A stretch of 62,671 nt of DNA, counting the filler, from Squatina squatina (lineage: Eukaryota): the NCBI GenBank assembly GCA_031763465.1. It is 4 parts of 4 records of this genome, joined end to end, with 100 filler letters (N's around TTAATTAATTAA, not from the genome) between each part and the next. Parts side by side here need not be neighbours in the genome. Positions count along the whole stretch, not along the records: positions 1 to 15,517 come from JARFOE010000168.1; 3 more parts are not named here. The stretch is one strand, 5' to 3'. The notes under the pieces are model-generated. The model was not told where the DNA came from. It saw only the letters and a program-made list of their open reading frames with translations, and made no database searches. This document shows, piece after piece, positions 1 to 13,585 of this stretch (the stretch's first letter is position 1; every line of letters starts with the position of its first letter). The position numbers and the translations under genes are program-made.

Positions 1-285
1 CTCCCCTCTGGTTCTTTTGCCAAATATCTTGAATCTGTGTACTCTGGTTACCAACAATCCCACCAATGGAAACAGCTTCGTCCTACTTGCTCTATCAAAA
101 CCCTTAATAATTTTGAACACCTCTATTAAATCTCGTATTAACCATCTCCGCTCTAAGAAGAACAATCCCAGATTCTCCAGTCTCTCCACATAACTGAAGT
201 CCCTCATCCCTAGCACCATTCTGGTAAATCTCCTCTGCACCCTCCCCAAGGCCTTGACATCCTTCCAAAAGGGTGGTGCCCAGAT
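1..285 (-). mobile_element. CR1-type LINE 3' fragment (decayed)
   Basis: Resembles the reverse complement of CR1 ORF2 3' ends elsewhere in the window (e.g. 25250-25560); boundaries approximate. Confidence 0.6.
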
Positions 286-686
286 TTGGTTAAAAGAGTT
301 TTGTTTCATTGCTTTTGTACTCTATTATCTTGTGGATGAAGAGAGTTCTGCCTCACTTCCTTTCTTGCTAACCGTAATTTTTCTTTTGGTAAACATATAA
401 GGCTGAACCTAGTAACGGATGTTTCTGGATCACTGAAAGGTAGGCAAAGTTTGTCCTGGGACGCCAAATCTTTCGATGATGTAATGCCGACTCTCACAAC
501 CCTAGTGGACAAAGTCATGCTCAACTCTGTTTCAACCTCTGCACAACAGGGGCAGAGCTCCAAGCAACAACACTGTCTGGGAGAGAGCTTCACAGGCAAG
601 ATGTGCTGTGTGATGCTTTGTTGCTGGTATTCCATGTGGAAATGAGCATAAGAATCTTTAGGAGCAGAGAAAAGGGGAGAAATCTA

Positions 687-989
<303 letters not shown>

Positions 990-1276
990 TTAATAGATTT
1001 AATTTCAGCTTCGGTTAACCAATTTAAAATCCCCAGCTCCAGCATTTTAGTTAGAATGTAAGCACCTAGGTACTGTTGGATCGGCCTTATAAAATTGTGT
1101 ATTCTCGCAAAATAACTACTCAAAACCATTCTTCTTTCCTCATTTTATTTCCATGCCCCCTCCCCACAAAAATGCNNNNNNNNNNNNNNNNNNNNNNNNN
1201 NNNNNNNNNNNNNNNNNNNNNNNNNNNNNNNNNNNNNNNNNNNNNNNNNNNNNNNNNNNNNNNNNNNNNNNNNNNA

Positions 1277-1560
1277 CTCAGAAACTGTTTCCCGAGATGC
1301 CGACTGGTACAGAAGACTATACAATTCATAACATTCCCGGTTAATTTTAATGGGGTCTGTCTGCAGCTCATCCGTCTCCCTCTTAATAGTTGGGATTGCT
1401 GCAGTTGCTTCTGCCCATTTCAACTGTCTCGGCAACAATCTTCTCGCTTTATCTCACTGCTCAAAGAATTTTGCTTGTTCTGTTCATGAGTTTGGGATTA
1501 ATTCGATACAAAGGGGTGATTTATGTTTTGGAAAGAGGCTGGTTCATTGTGTACCTCAGA
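1277..1560 (-). mobile_element. L1/Tx1-clade LINE ORF2 fragment (pseudogenised)
   Basis: Translation FFEQ*DKARRLLPRQLK...IPTIK...TDPIKINRECYELYSLLYQS fits the L1-clade region between endonuclease and RT; contains an in-frame stop. Confidence 0.6.
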
Positions 1561-2589
1561 TGGGATGAATGTTTCAAATAAAAAATGTGGGAGGGTGATG
1601 GCTGAGTGAGGGCTGTTAGATCACTATCGTATCCACCTGAATAGAACATAGGTTCTGGTTTGGGATAAAGAGGGGGGTGGGNNNNNNNNNNTAAACTTGC
1701 CTCTGGCCTGTCTTCCCATTTAACTTCCATTCTATTTTCCACGTTCTCCTTCTCTATTTTTATTTCAAACTTCTTTTGACCCATTTCAAAGTAATATGCC
1801 TTATACTGGCTATTTATTTTTTAAACTTAGAACTCCTTTCATTAACCTGATTTTATTTTCTCTACTAAGTGTCACTGTTCATCTGGGGAAAGAGAATACC
1901 CACTCCACCCCCACCAGTGGAAAAAATAGTCTCTGATGCCTGGGGGAAAAAAAACAGCCTTTAAAGCTAATTTTCACCTAACCAGTTAGAATTCGGACAC
2001 CAATATGGTCACATCATACATACAAGACCAGATTAACCTTTGACGTCTCTACACATCAAACCAAGGCTGGTACAGCAGTTATCTTCTTCACCGTGCTCAT
2101 AGCCCAACTGTGTGTCTACAAGTTAATCCTTACCGCATCACAGATAATAAAAGACTTGTTTCAGTCACATAGTAAGGAACATGACAGAAGAATAACCTCT
2201 ATAACTATTGTAAGAATGCTTGTTTAAAATAGTCCAATATATTGATAATGAACTCTGTTTCTCACATGCAGAGAACAAAAAGACCTCCAACTTGGTCAAG
2301 AACCAAAATACAATGTGATTCCCAGTGCTCGGTCATGGGAGTCGAAGAACAGGGGTCTATAACCACAATTCTGGTGCAGTAAACTGCCCAACTCGGGGAA
2401 ACCTTGGCCATGCTTGCAGTCGGTCCTGCTGTCACATTCACTGTCCCAATATCCAACAGCAAGACTCTTCCTCATGCCAGGGAGCAGCACGCAGGGCTCT
2501 TGGAGAACTCGGGGTGGAGACATACAGTGTCACTCTCCCTCTCGTTGGAGGAAAGCTAGATAGAACTCTCGGTGTGATTGAGGCTCCTA

Positions 2590-2892
<303 letters not shown>

Positions 2893-4819
2893 TTACTGCG
2901 CAATCCCTTTAAATTTCTGCGCAGCACGGTACTTACAATGGGAAAGCACTGAACCTTTTCCACTGTTGCGTGGTCGTGCAGCATTGATCACATAAGCAGT
3001 CCAGATATATTAATGTAACCAATCTAGCTGCATGAACAAGGCTAACATTTCTCTCTCTACAAAGCAATCCATTGACTACTAAAGATGCAACAGGGTAAGT
3101 TTTCAAACTTTGGCTACAAACCTCCTGGTACCCATCAAAAGCGATTACACCGACATTTCCCTCTTCAGCATTAGTCAAGGTTGCACAAGCAGCAATAGCG
3201 CTGCATTTTCAGCTTCCCAGGCTGCCCTAGCACACATCACTTAAACCCATATGCAATTCATTCTTTTGCACTTTCACCATACTTTCACAATTCTGTTGAC
3301 ATGTCCCAAGGCATTAATCCCTCTCCACCTCCCTTCCCTCCCACTGTGACTAATCGGTTATGTATTTTTGGCATTTCCTATTTCAGATTTCCAGCATGCG
3401 CTATTTTTCTTTTTACATTTATGTAACTCGTGTAAAGCAGAGCCACTGTGCAGCCAGTGAAACAAGAGGCAATGTGCCAAAGATTGCCAGCAGCAAATGT
3501 TCAGTACTGGAATTCTGTGCCACGGAATTTAAAGTGCAGTAGGAATAATTGAGTGTTGTGATACCCGTCAGATTCTGTGAGAGCTAGCGTAGCTGATCAC
3601 CAATTGCCAATGTTTACAGNNNNNNNNNNNNNNNNNNNNNNNNNNNNNNNNNNNNNNNNNNNNNNNNNNNNNNNNNNNNNNNNNNNNNNNNNNNNNNNNN
3701 NNNNNNNNNNNNNNNNNNNAGATCAACACAAGTGGTCAATGCAAGCAACAACTGTTAACATACAAAGTGTCTCCCTTATACTTATGAGTTTAAAAATAGG
3801 TACTAAATCTAGCCTTTCTACATTACACTCCGGCTGCTGTACTTCATTCACAGAATGCCACACACGCCGGACATGAAAAGTACGCAACAAGCTGCTCCGG
3901 TTGTGGCGAGACCCGATGTTACGATATATTTATATAAATTTGTTGTTGCTATCTGATGTCATTGTGGAATGCTCGATGTTGCCAAGCAACTAATTCCATA
4001 ACCGTTATTACACATTTCCATGTAACAGATCCCGTTCCCAGGGTTTGACTGCTGCACACACGACTTTGTAATTAAGAGTATACTTTTTAAAGAAGAAAAA
4101 TTACATTGATTAACCGCTCCATTCTTGAAACCACAACTCTTTGAAATACAAACACGATGATGTGCTTGTGTTAATTCAAGAGTGATGCATTTACAAGACC
4201 CACATGTCAAATTGTCTCGCCCTTGATCCACTCTTGAATAACTGTACAAAAACAGGCCTGCTGGGTAGTCCCTCACAGGCCATGCTCGACATATTTTCCT
4301 GCCCTATAATTCTAGATTGCCCAGCATTGCTCCCCAGAGAGTCAACAGCTTGGAAGTCTAAACAGATGCAGCAGACAGTATACAGAGACTCAAGCACAAA
4401 AATCTCGGCTGATTCTCCAGCGCAGTACTGAGGGAGTGCTGCACTATCAGAAGTGCCATCTTTCTGATGAGACATTAAGCAGTGNNNNNNNNNNNNNNNN
4501 NNNNNNNNNNNNNNNNNNNNNNNNNNNNNNNNNNNNNNNNNNNNNNNNNNNNNNNNNNNNNNNNNNNNNNNNNNNNNNNNNNNNAGCGCCACATGAGGAG
4601 TTTGGACAGGGTCAATCAATGCATGTACACACCATGCAGGGTTGAGCACTCAAGGTTGCCAAGCAGGAAAAGGATCGGGGCTCAATAGTTAGAGTCATCA
4701 AAAGGTCCGTGACCAGTGTCACGAGAGTGAATAAGGCATAATTAAATTTAAAACTGGAATAAAAATCCTTTCCTTGTACAAGGCTGATTCGACCCGGACC
4801 AGAATTTCCGATTCCGTAT

Positions 4820-5450
4820 CTTCACAATCAAAACACTTCTAACTCTAACATTGTCTGCCTCCACCCCTACCTCCGCCCATCTGCCACAAATGTTTTTGTC
4901 ACCTTAAGACTCAACTATCTCAATGCTCCCTGAATGACCTCCCATCCCCCATTCTTCAACTTCAGCACAGACAAAAACTCTACTACATATATTCTATTCT
5001 GCACCAAATCACACTTGCCTATCGCCCCTTTGCCCTTGCTGACCTACCTTAGCTCCCGGTCCCCTAGCACCTCAAATTTAAATCCTCATCCTTGTATTTA
5101 AATCCCTCATGGCCTTCCCTCTATACATTCCTGTAGCCTCCTCCAACCCCTATAATTTCTCTTCCTGATCTCTGCTTTCCTCAGATCTTGATCTTTTGTA
5201 CATCTCCCATCACTGGCACTAAACTTTGTGCCCAGGCCACCTAAGCCCCATGCTTTGGGAATACCTCCCTAAACTCCTTTGCTTCCTTCTCCTCCCTTAA
5301 GACCCTCCTTAAAACCCACTTCAAGTAAGGTTTTAGTCACCTCTGCTAATATTTTCTCCTTTGCTTGTGCGTCCATTTTTCTGATAACACCTCTGAAGTG
5401 CTTTTGGACTTTTTCCCCCTCACATTAAAAAGGTGCTATATAAAATAAAA
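4820..5450 (+). mobile_element. Old L2-type LINE 3' fragment
   Basis: Degenerate similarity to the better-preserved copy at 8965-9860 (gactcaactatctcaatgctc, tttaaatcctcatccttg, ccttaaaacc, gtgctatataaa). Confidence 0.55.
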
Positions 5451-6654
5451 ATGATCATCATTCTAACCTGTACCATTTCCACGGTTCATTATCCCATTGC
5501 CTTTTGGATCTTCTACTCAGTTATTTCTCTCATGCTCAGAGTCAAGCACAGCTCCTGAGTGAACCTTTGCTCATTACAAACCAAAGTGCAACTTTATACC
5601 CGCAAAAGGGAAGAAACTACAAGGCCCAGAGCCTCACAAGATCGGAGCGCTGATCAGGGACAGGGCTACAAGGTGGCAGCTGCGATTCTGAACCCCACCA
5701 TTCACTTTAGAAAGGTTCTGCGCTGATGAAATGCAGAGAGGACAGTTTGAATCATCATTGTGTGAAATAACAATGACCAGTGACGGCGGGCCTGCTGGTG
5801 TCAAAGAGACGAGGACAGTGGAGGAACACTCTGGATCTCAGCTTGTGGTTGGCTCTCCCTCTATTGTATGGATTGTGGGAGCCCATAAAACCCTCCCACC
5901 ATATCTGGCTAACCACCCGATCGGCTGGTTACAGCCATGGAAGGAGCGTTACCGCAGCCAGTCAGCGTGCAAATCCTTTCACTTCCTTCGAAAAGAAAAA
6001 GACCAAAAGAATGTTTCATGGAAATATTCCCCATTGGCGGCAGTGTTAAGAACAGAGAGAGGTGTTAAATGAATCTTGGTTCCCCAAATTAAGAAACTTC
6101 TTTAATTAAAAAAAATGCAGAAGTAGATTATTTAAAAGTTGATACTTTATCCTTCTTAATAGCCTAACCACCATCTTGGTTTAGAGCAATTGAAAGTCTA
6201 AGTCAGGCACAATGAGATGACTGCCAATGATGGCTGTCAAGGTTAATATGGGAGTAGAACTAAAGGCCAACTCTGGCACTCTCAGCACTTTCAATGGAGA
6301 TGTGACCACAATGATTTATTGTACACTATTCAATATTCTAACATCTTAATATGACAAGACTATTAAATTATTAATAAATATGTCAGATTTAGTGTCGCTG
6401 AGGGGGACAAAGCCATCAATCTGACTGTTTTGCATGATTGAAAGCATGCAGCTGGAGGAGGCCTCCTGAATATGTATCTGAAGGTCAGCAATGGTAATAC
6501 TTATTAATTTTAAAAACTGCTAATCATTGGAATAGCAGAGGAGGGGTGGAGGNNNNNNNNNNNNNNNNNNNNNNNNNNNNNNNNNNNNNNNNNNNNNNNN
6601 NNNNNNNNNNNNNNNNNNNNNNNNNNNNNNNNNNNNNNNNNNNNNNNNNNNNTG

Positions 6655-7436
6655 ACAGATGTTAGGCTAACTTACATTGGACAATGAACATTGGATAAGA
6701 TGCCCAAGTGCCTACCCTTGTGTGTTGTTAGTTCTATGATTGCACCAGGATGGGGGTGAGTGTGAAGGGTGGCTAGTGAGACGGGGATGCGATAATGTAG
6801 ATAGAGAGGGATGTGTGGAGGTGCAAGGTAAGTTGGTGTGAGTAAGAATGTGCAGGGGTAGGGAAGGGAAGGCAGAGTGATTGGGATGTGATGAGAGGCA
6901 CAGCAGGGTGAGGTTGAGTGGCTTTGTACTAACATTTTATGACCTAATGAGATCATTGAAATGTTTGCGGCACTGCACCCAGGTCCTCCTGACCACATCC
7001 CTGCTTGTGCTCTCCGCTGCAATGTGCAACCAGGCTGTGTTGATCTCCTAGGGAGAACTCTTCCGCCAATGGGAAGGGAAGAGGATCTCCCTGTGTGCAT
7101 ATGGAAGGAGTCGTAGGAGAGCCTGGGTGCAGCCCTGCACTTCTGTGCAGTGCTTATCAGTATCTGCAGTGCCTCAATACTGTAGAACACTGACAGCACA
7201 AATGTCAAAATAAAGGTGGCCATGGACCCTTTAAGGAACTGGTTGATGATGCTTCATCAAATGATGTCACCAGACGTGCTTTCTCTAATTGGCTGGGAAA
7301 AGCGCTGGGCAGGCTTACCAAGTCCAATCACGGTAAATTAATTCTACACTGGAGCCAGCAGTGGGGCCGAGACCCGGCACCAACGTCACCCACGTCACCC
7401 ACCACGGACCCGCCAAGGTTTGTAAAATCCAGCCCC
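6655..7436 (-). mobile_element. PIF/Harbinger-like element fragment with decayed Myb/SANT-like ORF
   Basis: Minus strand starts GGGGCTGGATTTTAC (TIR-like) at 7436; encodes AQKCRAAPRLS...; highly similar to 52140-52790 (+). Confidence 0.65.
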
Positions 7437-7559
7437 TTGAGGAGCACTCTGTTAAGTCAGAAGGTTGAGTGTTCAAGCCCCACTCCAGAATTTGAGCATA
7501 TAATCTTAGGTGACACTTCAGTGCAACAATGAGAGAGTGCTGCATTTAGAGAGTCCTAC

Positions 7560-7880
7560 AATGTGTACAGGACTCCTTTCTAACCCTGTATGTAAAAAGC
7601 TCAACAAGGGAGGATTCGCAATTGGATCTAATAATGGGGAATGAACCAGAGCAGATAAGGGAAGTAAAAGTAGGGGAACATCTAGGCAATAGTGACCATA
7701 ATATAATACACTTTAATATGATAATTGTGAAGGACATATGTATGTTGAAAACCAAGGAAATAGATTGCAGAAAAGCTGATTTTGAGATGCTGAGAATAGA
7801 ACTTGGGGAAAATAAAATGAGCAACAATATTGGCAAACAACAATGTAGAACAGCAATGGGAAATATTTAAAATGGTGTTC
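7560..7880 (+). mobile_element. CR1-type LINE fragment, end of endonuclease domain
   Basis: LDLIMGNEPEQIREVKVGEHLGNSDHNIIHF contains the LDL...SDH APE-endonuclease terminal motif. Confidence 0.8.
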
Positions 7881-8964
7881 TTTGTCTTTAATATAAAAAA
7901 ATGTCTAGATCTTACCTCTAATAGGATATTCCCTCTGTTGTTTTCTGCCTTTCTTCTTTATCTCTTTTGCTGTTTCTCTTTCTTATTTATCTTCTCTGAT
8001 TACATTGCCTATTATTTTTCTTTAGAAACGGTCATGACTGTAGCTTCTCTCCTTATCTGTCTGTCTGATTCTTTTTCTTTTATTTGTACCTCTACAATGT
8101 CCAAACCTTGTCCTTCTCTGTCTTCCTTCTCGTAGAGGTATAGGCCTCAGTTTCGATCTGTCACACAGGTACATGTCAATTGTTTGGCCAATTTTGACAT
8201 CATGACAGCAGGTGTGGCTGCTTCCACCGTTCCTACAAGGCCATTTCAGACATGCAACAAACTTTCCCTGTAAGAAATGACAGAAAGTTTCCACAATGAC
8301 TAACAGCACTGGGGCAAGATTCCAAACCAATTTTCGACTTAAGCTGACAAGTTATTTGGAGCTATTTCAGAGACAGGGACTCTCAAACAGGCAGAGACAG
8401 CTCGATATTAATTACTTACAGGCTTCACAAAGGGGGAAAAAAAGCGTAGAATTCTGGGTTTCTTTAAAGTCACCAATTGGATATCTGAGGAGTATCCAGT
8501 GGGATCCTCTTTTTCATTCTTCATGTGTGACCTGAGCGCTTAAAAACTTTGGATTTGAACTAGATATTCTCATCTTCACCAGTAGCTCCCATAAGCAGAC
8601 CCACATCCCTTACAATCTAATTGCCTAATATATAATAGCATGACCCAGGGACCATAACAATAAGACCCTTCATTGCATGCACTGGACACTGTGACCTTAT
8701 GCATTTCTCATATTTTCCAGATAAGCACTCTGGTGCATCGAGGAAAATTGTAAACCATCACAGTACATGAATGAATAGAATGCCTTTTTCACAGGGAGTT
8801 TTAACGATTTCCTATCGCACCACATAACACCAAAATAATAAATTACACCAACTTTGCCCTTGATTGACACTCACTTTGAAAGTGAGATGGTTCTGTCTCT
8901 CTTGTACTGTTCCAGACCCAAACCCCACGAGAAGGAAGCCTTCTACAAGTATTAGAAGCTCCTT

Positions 8965-9860
8965 CATCAGCTTCTTATGTTGACTGTCTCTGATTTGTCA
9001 GACTGCTTGTCCGCCATCCAGTACTAGATGAGCAGGTATTTCCTCCAACAAAATACTGGGAAGACAAAAGCCATTGTATTTGGTCCCCCCGCCATAAACT
9101 CCGTTTTCCCGAGCCACTGACTCCATCCCTCTCCCTGCCAAATGTCTGAGGCTGAAATAGGCTGTTCACAACCCCCTTGGTGTCGTATTTGACCCCGAGA
9201 TGAGCTTCTGACCACATATCCGCTCCATCACTAAGACCGCCTATTTCCACCTCCCCAACATTGCCTGATTCCACCCCTGCCTCAGCTCACCTGCTGCTGA
9301 AACCCTCATCCATGCCTTTGTTTCCTCTGGACTTGACTACTCCAATGCACTCCTGGCTGGCCTCCCACATTCTACCCTATGTAAACTTGACGTCATCCAA
9401 AACTCGGCTGCCCGTGTCCTAACTTGCACCAAGTCCCACTCACTTATCACCCTGTGCTCGCTGACCTACATTGGCTCCCGGTTAAGCAACTCCTCGATTT
9501 CAAAATTCTCATCCTTGTTTACAAATCCCTCCATGGCCTCGCCCCTCCCTACCTCTGTAATCTCCTTCAGCCTCACAACCCCTTGAAACACCTGCGCTCC
9601 TCTAATTCGGCCCTCTTGAACATCCCTGATTATAATCGCTCAATCGTCGATAGCAGTGTCTTCAGCTGCCTAGGCCTTAAGCTCTGGCATTCCCTCCCTA
9701 AACCTCTCTCCCTCTCTTTCCTCCTTTTAAGACGCTCCTTAAAACTTACCTCATTGACCAACCACTGCCGTAATTTCTTCTTATGTCACTCGGTGTCAAA
9801 TATTTGTCTTATAACCCTCTTTAGGATGTTTTACTATGTTCAGAGCGCTATATAAATACA
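8965..9860 (+). mobile_element. L2/CR1-group LINE 3' end (RT C-terminus and tail)
   Basis: HAFVSSGLDYSNALLAGLP and PVLADLHWLPVKQLLDFKILILVYKSLHGLAPPYL motifs; frameshifted; ends gcgctatataaatac. Confidence 0.85.
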
Positions 9861-10428
9861 TTATGTTTTTGATCCTATTCCTGCAATTTTTGACCGGATC
9901 TGTGGCTCTGACGATTAGCGGACTTACAGTCTGGTCCATCGCACCAGCAGAGCAGGCCAATTGGAATTTTAACTCCGATAAATCCAACCAGCGCAATTTT
10001 GGCGTTGCACTAACCCTAAGCTTGCGAATTGTAAATTGGGTGTGAGGGTCTGAACTGAAGCAGTGCGAGCTCACTCACCTTTTACTGTGGGGTCAGTTGG
10101 GCCTGAACTCCTGATTTGAGCTGCACTTGTGCTGTAGGTGTAATGCCAATGTGAAGCAAAGCTGCTTCCCACTGATCTGGATGTAACATTACTGCAGCCT
10201 GGAGTATATACTGCAATTTGAGACATTGGCCATTACATAAAGTATTTGTAGACGTTTCCGTACTAGCGTGAGATCATTGTAGTGGTGAAGAGCTGGTCGT
10301 CAAGCGGACCCCAGAGTTGTTGTAGTAAGTCTGGATTAGTGGGGTTTGCCCACCAGTCCCCCAGTCAGACACAATACTTTTTTAAGACCCCGATTCAATT
10401 ATAAATACTTCTGTTTGTCTTCCTTTAG

Positions 10429-10528
10429 GATTTATGATGGACGACAGCCCATTCTTTGCATCATGGATAGCGACCTGATTAAAACCATCTTCATAAAAGA
10501 GTTTTACACTTTGTTCACCAACAGGCGG
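10429..10528 (+). CDS. CYP3A: Cytochrome P450 family 3 (CYP3A-like) exon, 100 bp (exon 4 equivalent)
   Basis: tcctttag|G ATT...CGG|gtaagt; encodes IYDGRQPILCIMDSDLIKTIFIKEFYTLFTNRR. Confidence 0.92.
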
Positions 10529-11225
10529 GTAAGTATTGATGTGCACTGAAGGCTATTTGCAATTTACTACTTTTTCTTGCTCCTACAATATGCTCTCGTT
10601 TTCTTCCCGATTATTTCACTATTTGCAATAGCTTTGGTGGTTCAGCTAGAATGCAGGGTGGAGGTGGGGTAAGAGGGGCGTGAACAGGAGGGAGGTGGGC
10701 TGGCAGTGTTACTGTGAAGGTGCATGCCTGCTCCCCCTGGCTCTATATTAGCATAGGTTGCAACAAGAAAAGTACCTGCTTGTTGCTGGCCTCCCAACAG
10801 TCCACTTCGGGACCTCTGGTTAGGCTACATAAGGAACCAAAAAACTGAAGCCCAGTGCAGGCGAATCATCACTAGTGAATTTCCAGAACTGGTTCTGGAT
10901 CAGGGATTTGGCGCCTCCTAATATTGCAGTGCCTGGTTTAGGCGGCCGCCAGGGATTCCTGAAAATCGCCCGACCCAATATGGTGTTGGATGGATTTCAG
11001 GGGCTCTTGGGATGCGGCACACAGCATCAGAGAACTTGCTGCTTTTTTGCCCTGTGCCCCAAAAAAGGCAGAGTGGTGTCCAATTGCTGCCCCTCCCCCT
11101 CCCCAATGCAGCCCGAGCACACTTTGTGCAGTTTTAAGAGATCAGTTTATGAAGTAATGCCATTGAATCCAATATCTAATTTAGTAAAACAATCTAGCTG
11201 TTATGTCTTTGTAATTTTTCTATAG

Positions 11226-11339
11226 GACTTTGGTCTGAATGGGCCACTGGCAGAATCGATCTTGATTGTCCAGGATGAACACTGGAAGAGAATCCGAAGT
11301 GTGCTTTCACCAACCTTCACCAGCGGGAGACTGAAAGAG
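11226..11339 (+). CDS. CYP3A: Cytochrome P450 family 3 (CYP3A-like) exon, 114 bp (exon 5 equivalent)
   Basis: ttttctatag|GAC...GAG|gtaaag; encodes [38 protein letters not shown], with the WxxxR C-helix motif; in phase with the preceding exon. Confidence 0.93.
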
Positions 11340-11999
11340 GTAAAGACCCCTACCGCCAGCACCAATTGATCAAATCCTCTGTCTGTGCTTGTACTTGTGA
11401 ACATACCTAATCTTACACATCACAAGTGAGTTTGATGCAAAATCATCCAATAATGGTTGACGTCTTACGAGGGTGAGGGAGTAGATGCTGTATTTTAACT
11501 TGTTGTATTGTGGTTCCTCCCAAAGTTTAACAGTGTATTAGACATTGAAATACAGCCTGTTAACATCAACAAGGCTCCAAAGTGATGAGACTCTGATTGT
11601 CCTGCCTTCACTTCAGCATGTTCAGTTCTACTCCGAGAACATTCTAATAATTTAGGCTTTGGGCTAGAAACTCAATGATCCGTATCACCTACGGAACGCC
11701 TCCGGGAATCACTCCCTGGAGGATCAGCTGTTTTCGCCGGCCAGCTGCCGCAGCATTCAAAGGCAGGTTTGCAGAGGCGCCGAGAGGCTGTGCTTCTGCT
11801 GCAGGGCGTGACGAACCCCAGCGGCGCACAGTAATAGTGACATCATCACCTTGCACGTCGCCTCCTGAGCAACCCGGCACAGAATTCGGATGTTAAAACA
11901 GTTAATGCACCAAATAGGTGATGCAGCATTTAAAACTCAACTTTTCACATTCTTGAACTTGACAGCTGTTCTAGGAAGGCCATTTTGGGTCACAATTCT

Positions 12000-12975
12000 T
12001 CTACAGCTCCTCAGGGGGTTGTTCTGGCAGTGGACCAGCTCCGTTTGCTGCACCTGACGAGGTATCTTCTGCGAAGGCCAAGGTGGCGCCAACTGCAACG
12101 GCAAAGGGTCCCAGAGAGGGAGGCATAAGGGGGGAGGAGCTCAGGCGGAACCAGATGTGCAGCCCCTTGAAGATGCAGATGCTGAGGCCCCTGCAACTAG
12201 GCAGAGGCAGAGGGGAATGTAGAGAGGGAGGGGAAAGAACCAACCGGAATTTCAGCTCCATAATCTTTATACAAGTGATGTGACAATTATGTACAGTAAA
12301 ATATTCAGTCACCCTTGTGCATCTCCTTATATCCCCTTTTCAGTGTGCCTACTCTACTACTCAGTGATTTCCCCTGTGGCTGCAGCATGGCAACTGGAAG
12401 GCTGCTGTGAATCTGTAGCGATCACTACAGGTGGCCTTCTCTGACACCCTGGAAGGGCCGGCAGTAGACTGCTCCACTGTAAGTTGGGCGGCGGCAGCCT
12501 GGACTACCTGGGTGAACACCATGGGCAGCTGCAGTGGCGGAGTGGCAGTGGTGGGAGCAGGAATGCTGTCATCCTGAGATAGGACAGCAGGTCCTGTCTC
12601 CTCTGCAACGCTGCCACTCCCCCGGGGCGGGACCACTTCATGCCCACCAGTCTGCGGGAGATCAGATTGGTGCCGTCCGATCCCCGGTGGACCGTACTGG
12701 ATCCAGTGGTGATTCCAGCAGTCAGGGCTTGGATGGCATGCAGCTGAGATGGCATGAGAGCAGTCTGAGCATCGATGTGAGGAAGCAGTGGCTGCAGGGC
12801 ATCATCAACACGTTGTGACACAATGCTCAGACTGCATGAGCTCAGTCTGAGTATCCATGGGAGCAACGATTGCCTGCAGATCAGCATTTGAGATCGGCAA
12901 GCCGCTCTGTGGCATCATGCGGAGACGGAGTTCAGTCTGGGCATGGTTGTCAGGAGCCGTTGCCTCCATTGCAGC
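12000..12975 (-). mobile_element. Probable Harbinger-family element, distal part (decayed)
   Basis: GC-rich, broken low-complexity ORFs (STAGPSR etc.) with a composition like the Myb-ORF tails; no diagnostic motif seen. Confidence 0.35.
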
Positions 12976-13229
12976 NNNNNNNNNNNNNNNNNNNNNNNNN
13001 NNNNNNNNNNNNNNNNNNNNNNNNNNNNNNNNNNNNNNNNNNNNNNNNNNNNNNNNNNNNNNNNNNNNNNNNNNNTTTATATAGAACAAGAAAAGCAATG
13101 TTCCCAATACCGACCCCTGGGGAGCACACTGCATACTTCTCTGCATTCAGAAAAAACATCTGTTAACCATAACTCTTTCTCTCCTATTCCTTAGCCAGTA
13201 TGTACCCAAGTACCACAGCAATCGAGATG

Positions 13230-13585
13230 ATGGGGGGTGGGGGTGGAGTCGTGAAAGGAAGAGACTGATGCAGCCAGGGGGAGGAGGAGAGACCAGGCAG
13301 GGAGAGAGAATAGACAGAGAGCAAGAGATAGTGAGAAACAGGGAGAAGAGGAAGGGGGAAGAGAGATGAGAGGTAGTGGGAAAAAGACAGACACAGGGAA
13401 GTGCGATTGACTTAGAGATGTGAGGGAGAGAGAATGGAAGAAGGGGCAGGAGAAACTAGAGGGATTCAGGAGCAAGACCAGAGGCAAGGGGGAGACAAAG
13501 GTGGGGGAAGAGAAGAAAAGGTGAAGGGAGGTGACTGACAGAGGGTGGGGGGGCCAGAAAAGAGGACAATGAAAATGAGGAGGAT
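13230..13585. repeat. Purine-rich (GA) low-complexity tract
   Basis: About 350 bp dominated by G/A on the + strand. Confidence 0.8.

Noticed and set aside
306-645. ORFs of 109 and 64 aa downstream of the FOXK1 exon
   Set aside because: Expected FOXK1 intron; the next forkhead exon (DESKPP...) is not present and the peptides are unrecognisable.
5731-6072. 113-aa + strand ORF, and a possible minus-strand acceptor near 5988
   Set aside because: No recognisable homology in any frame; cannot be supported.
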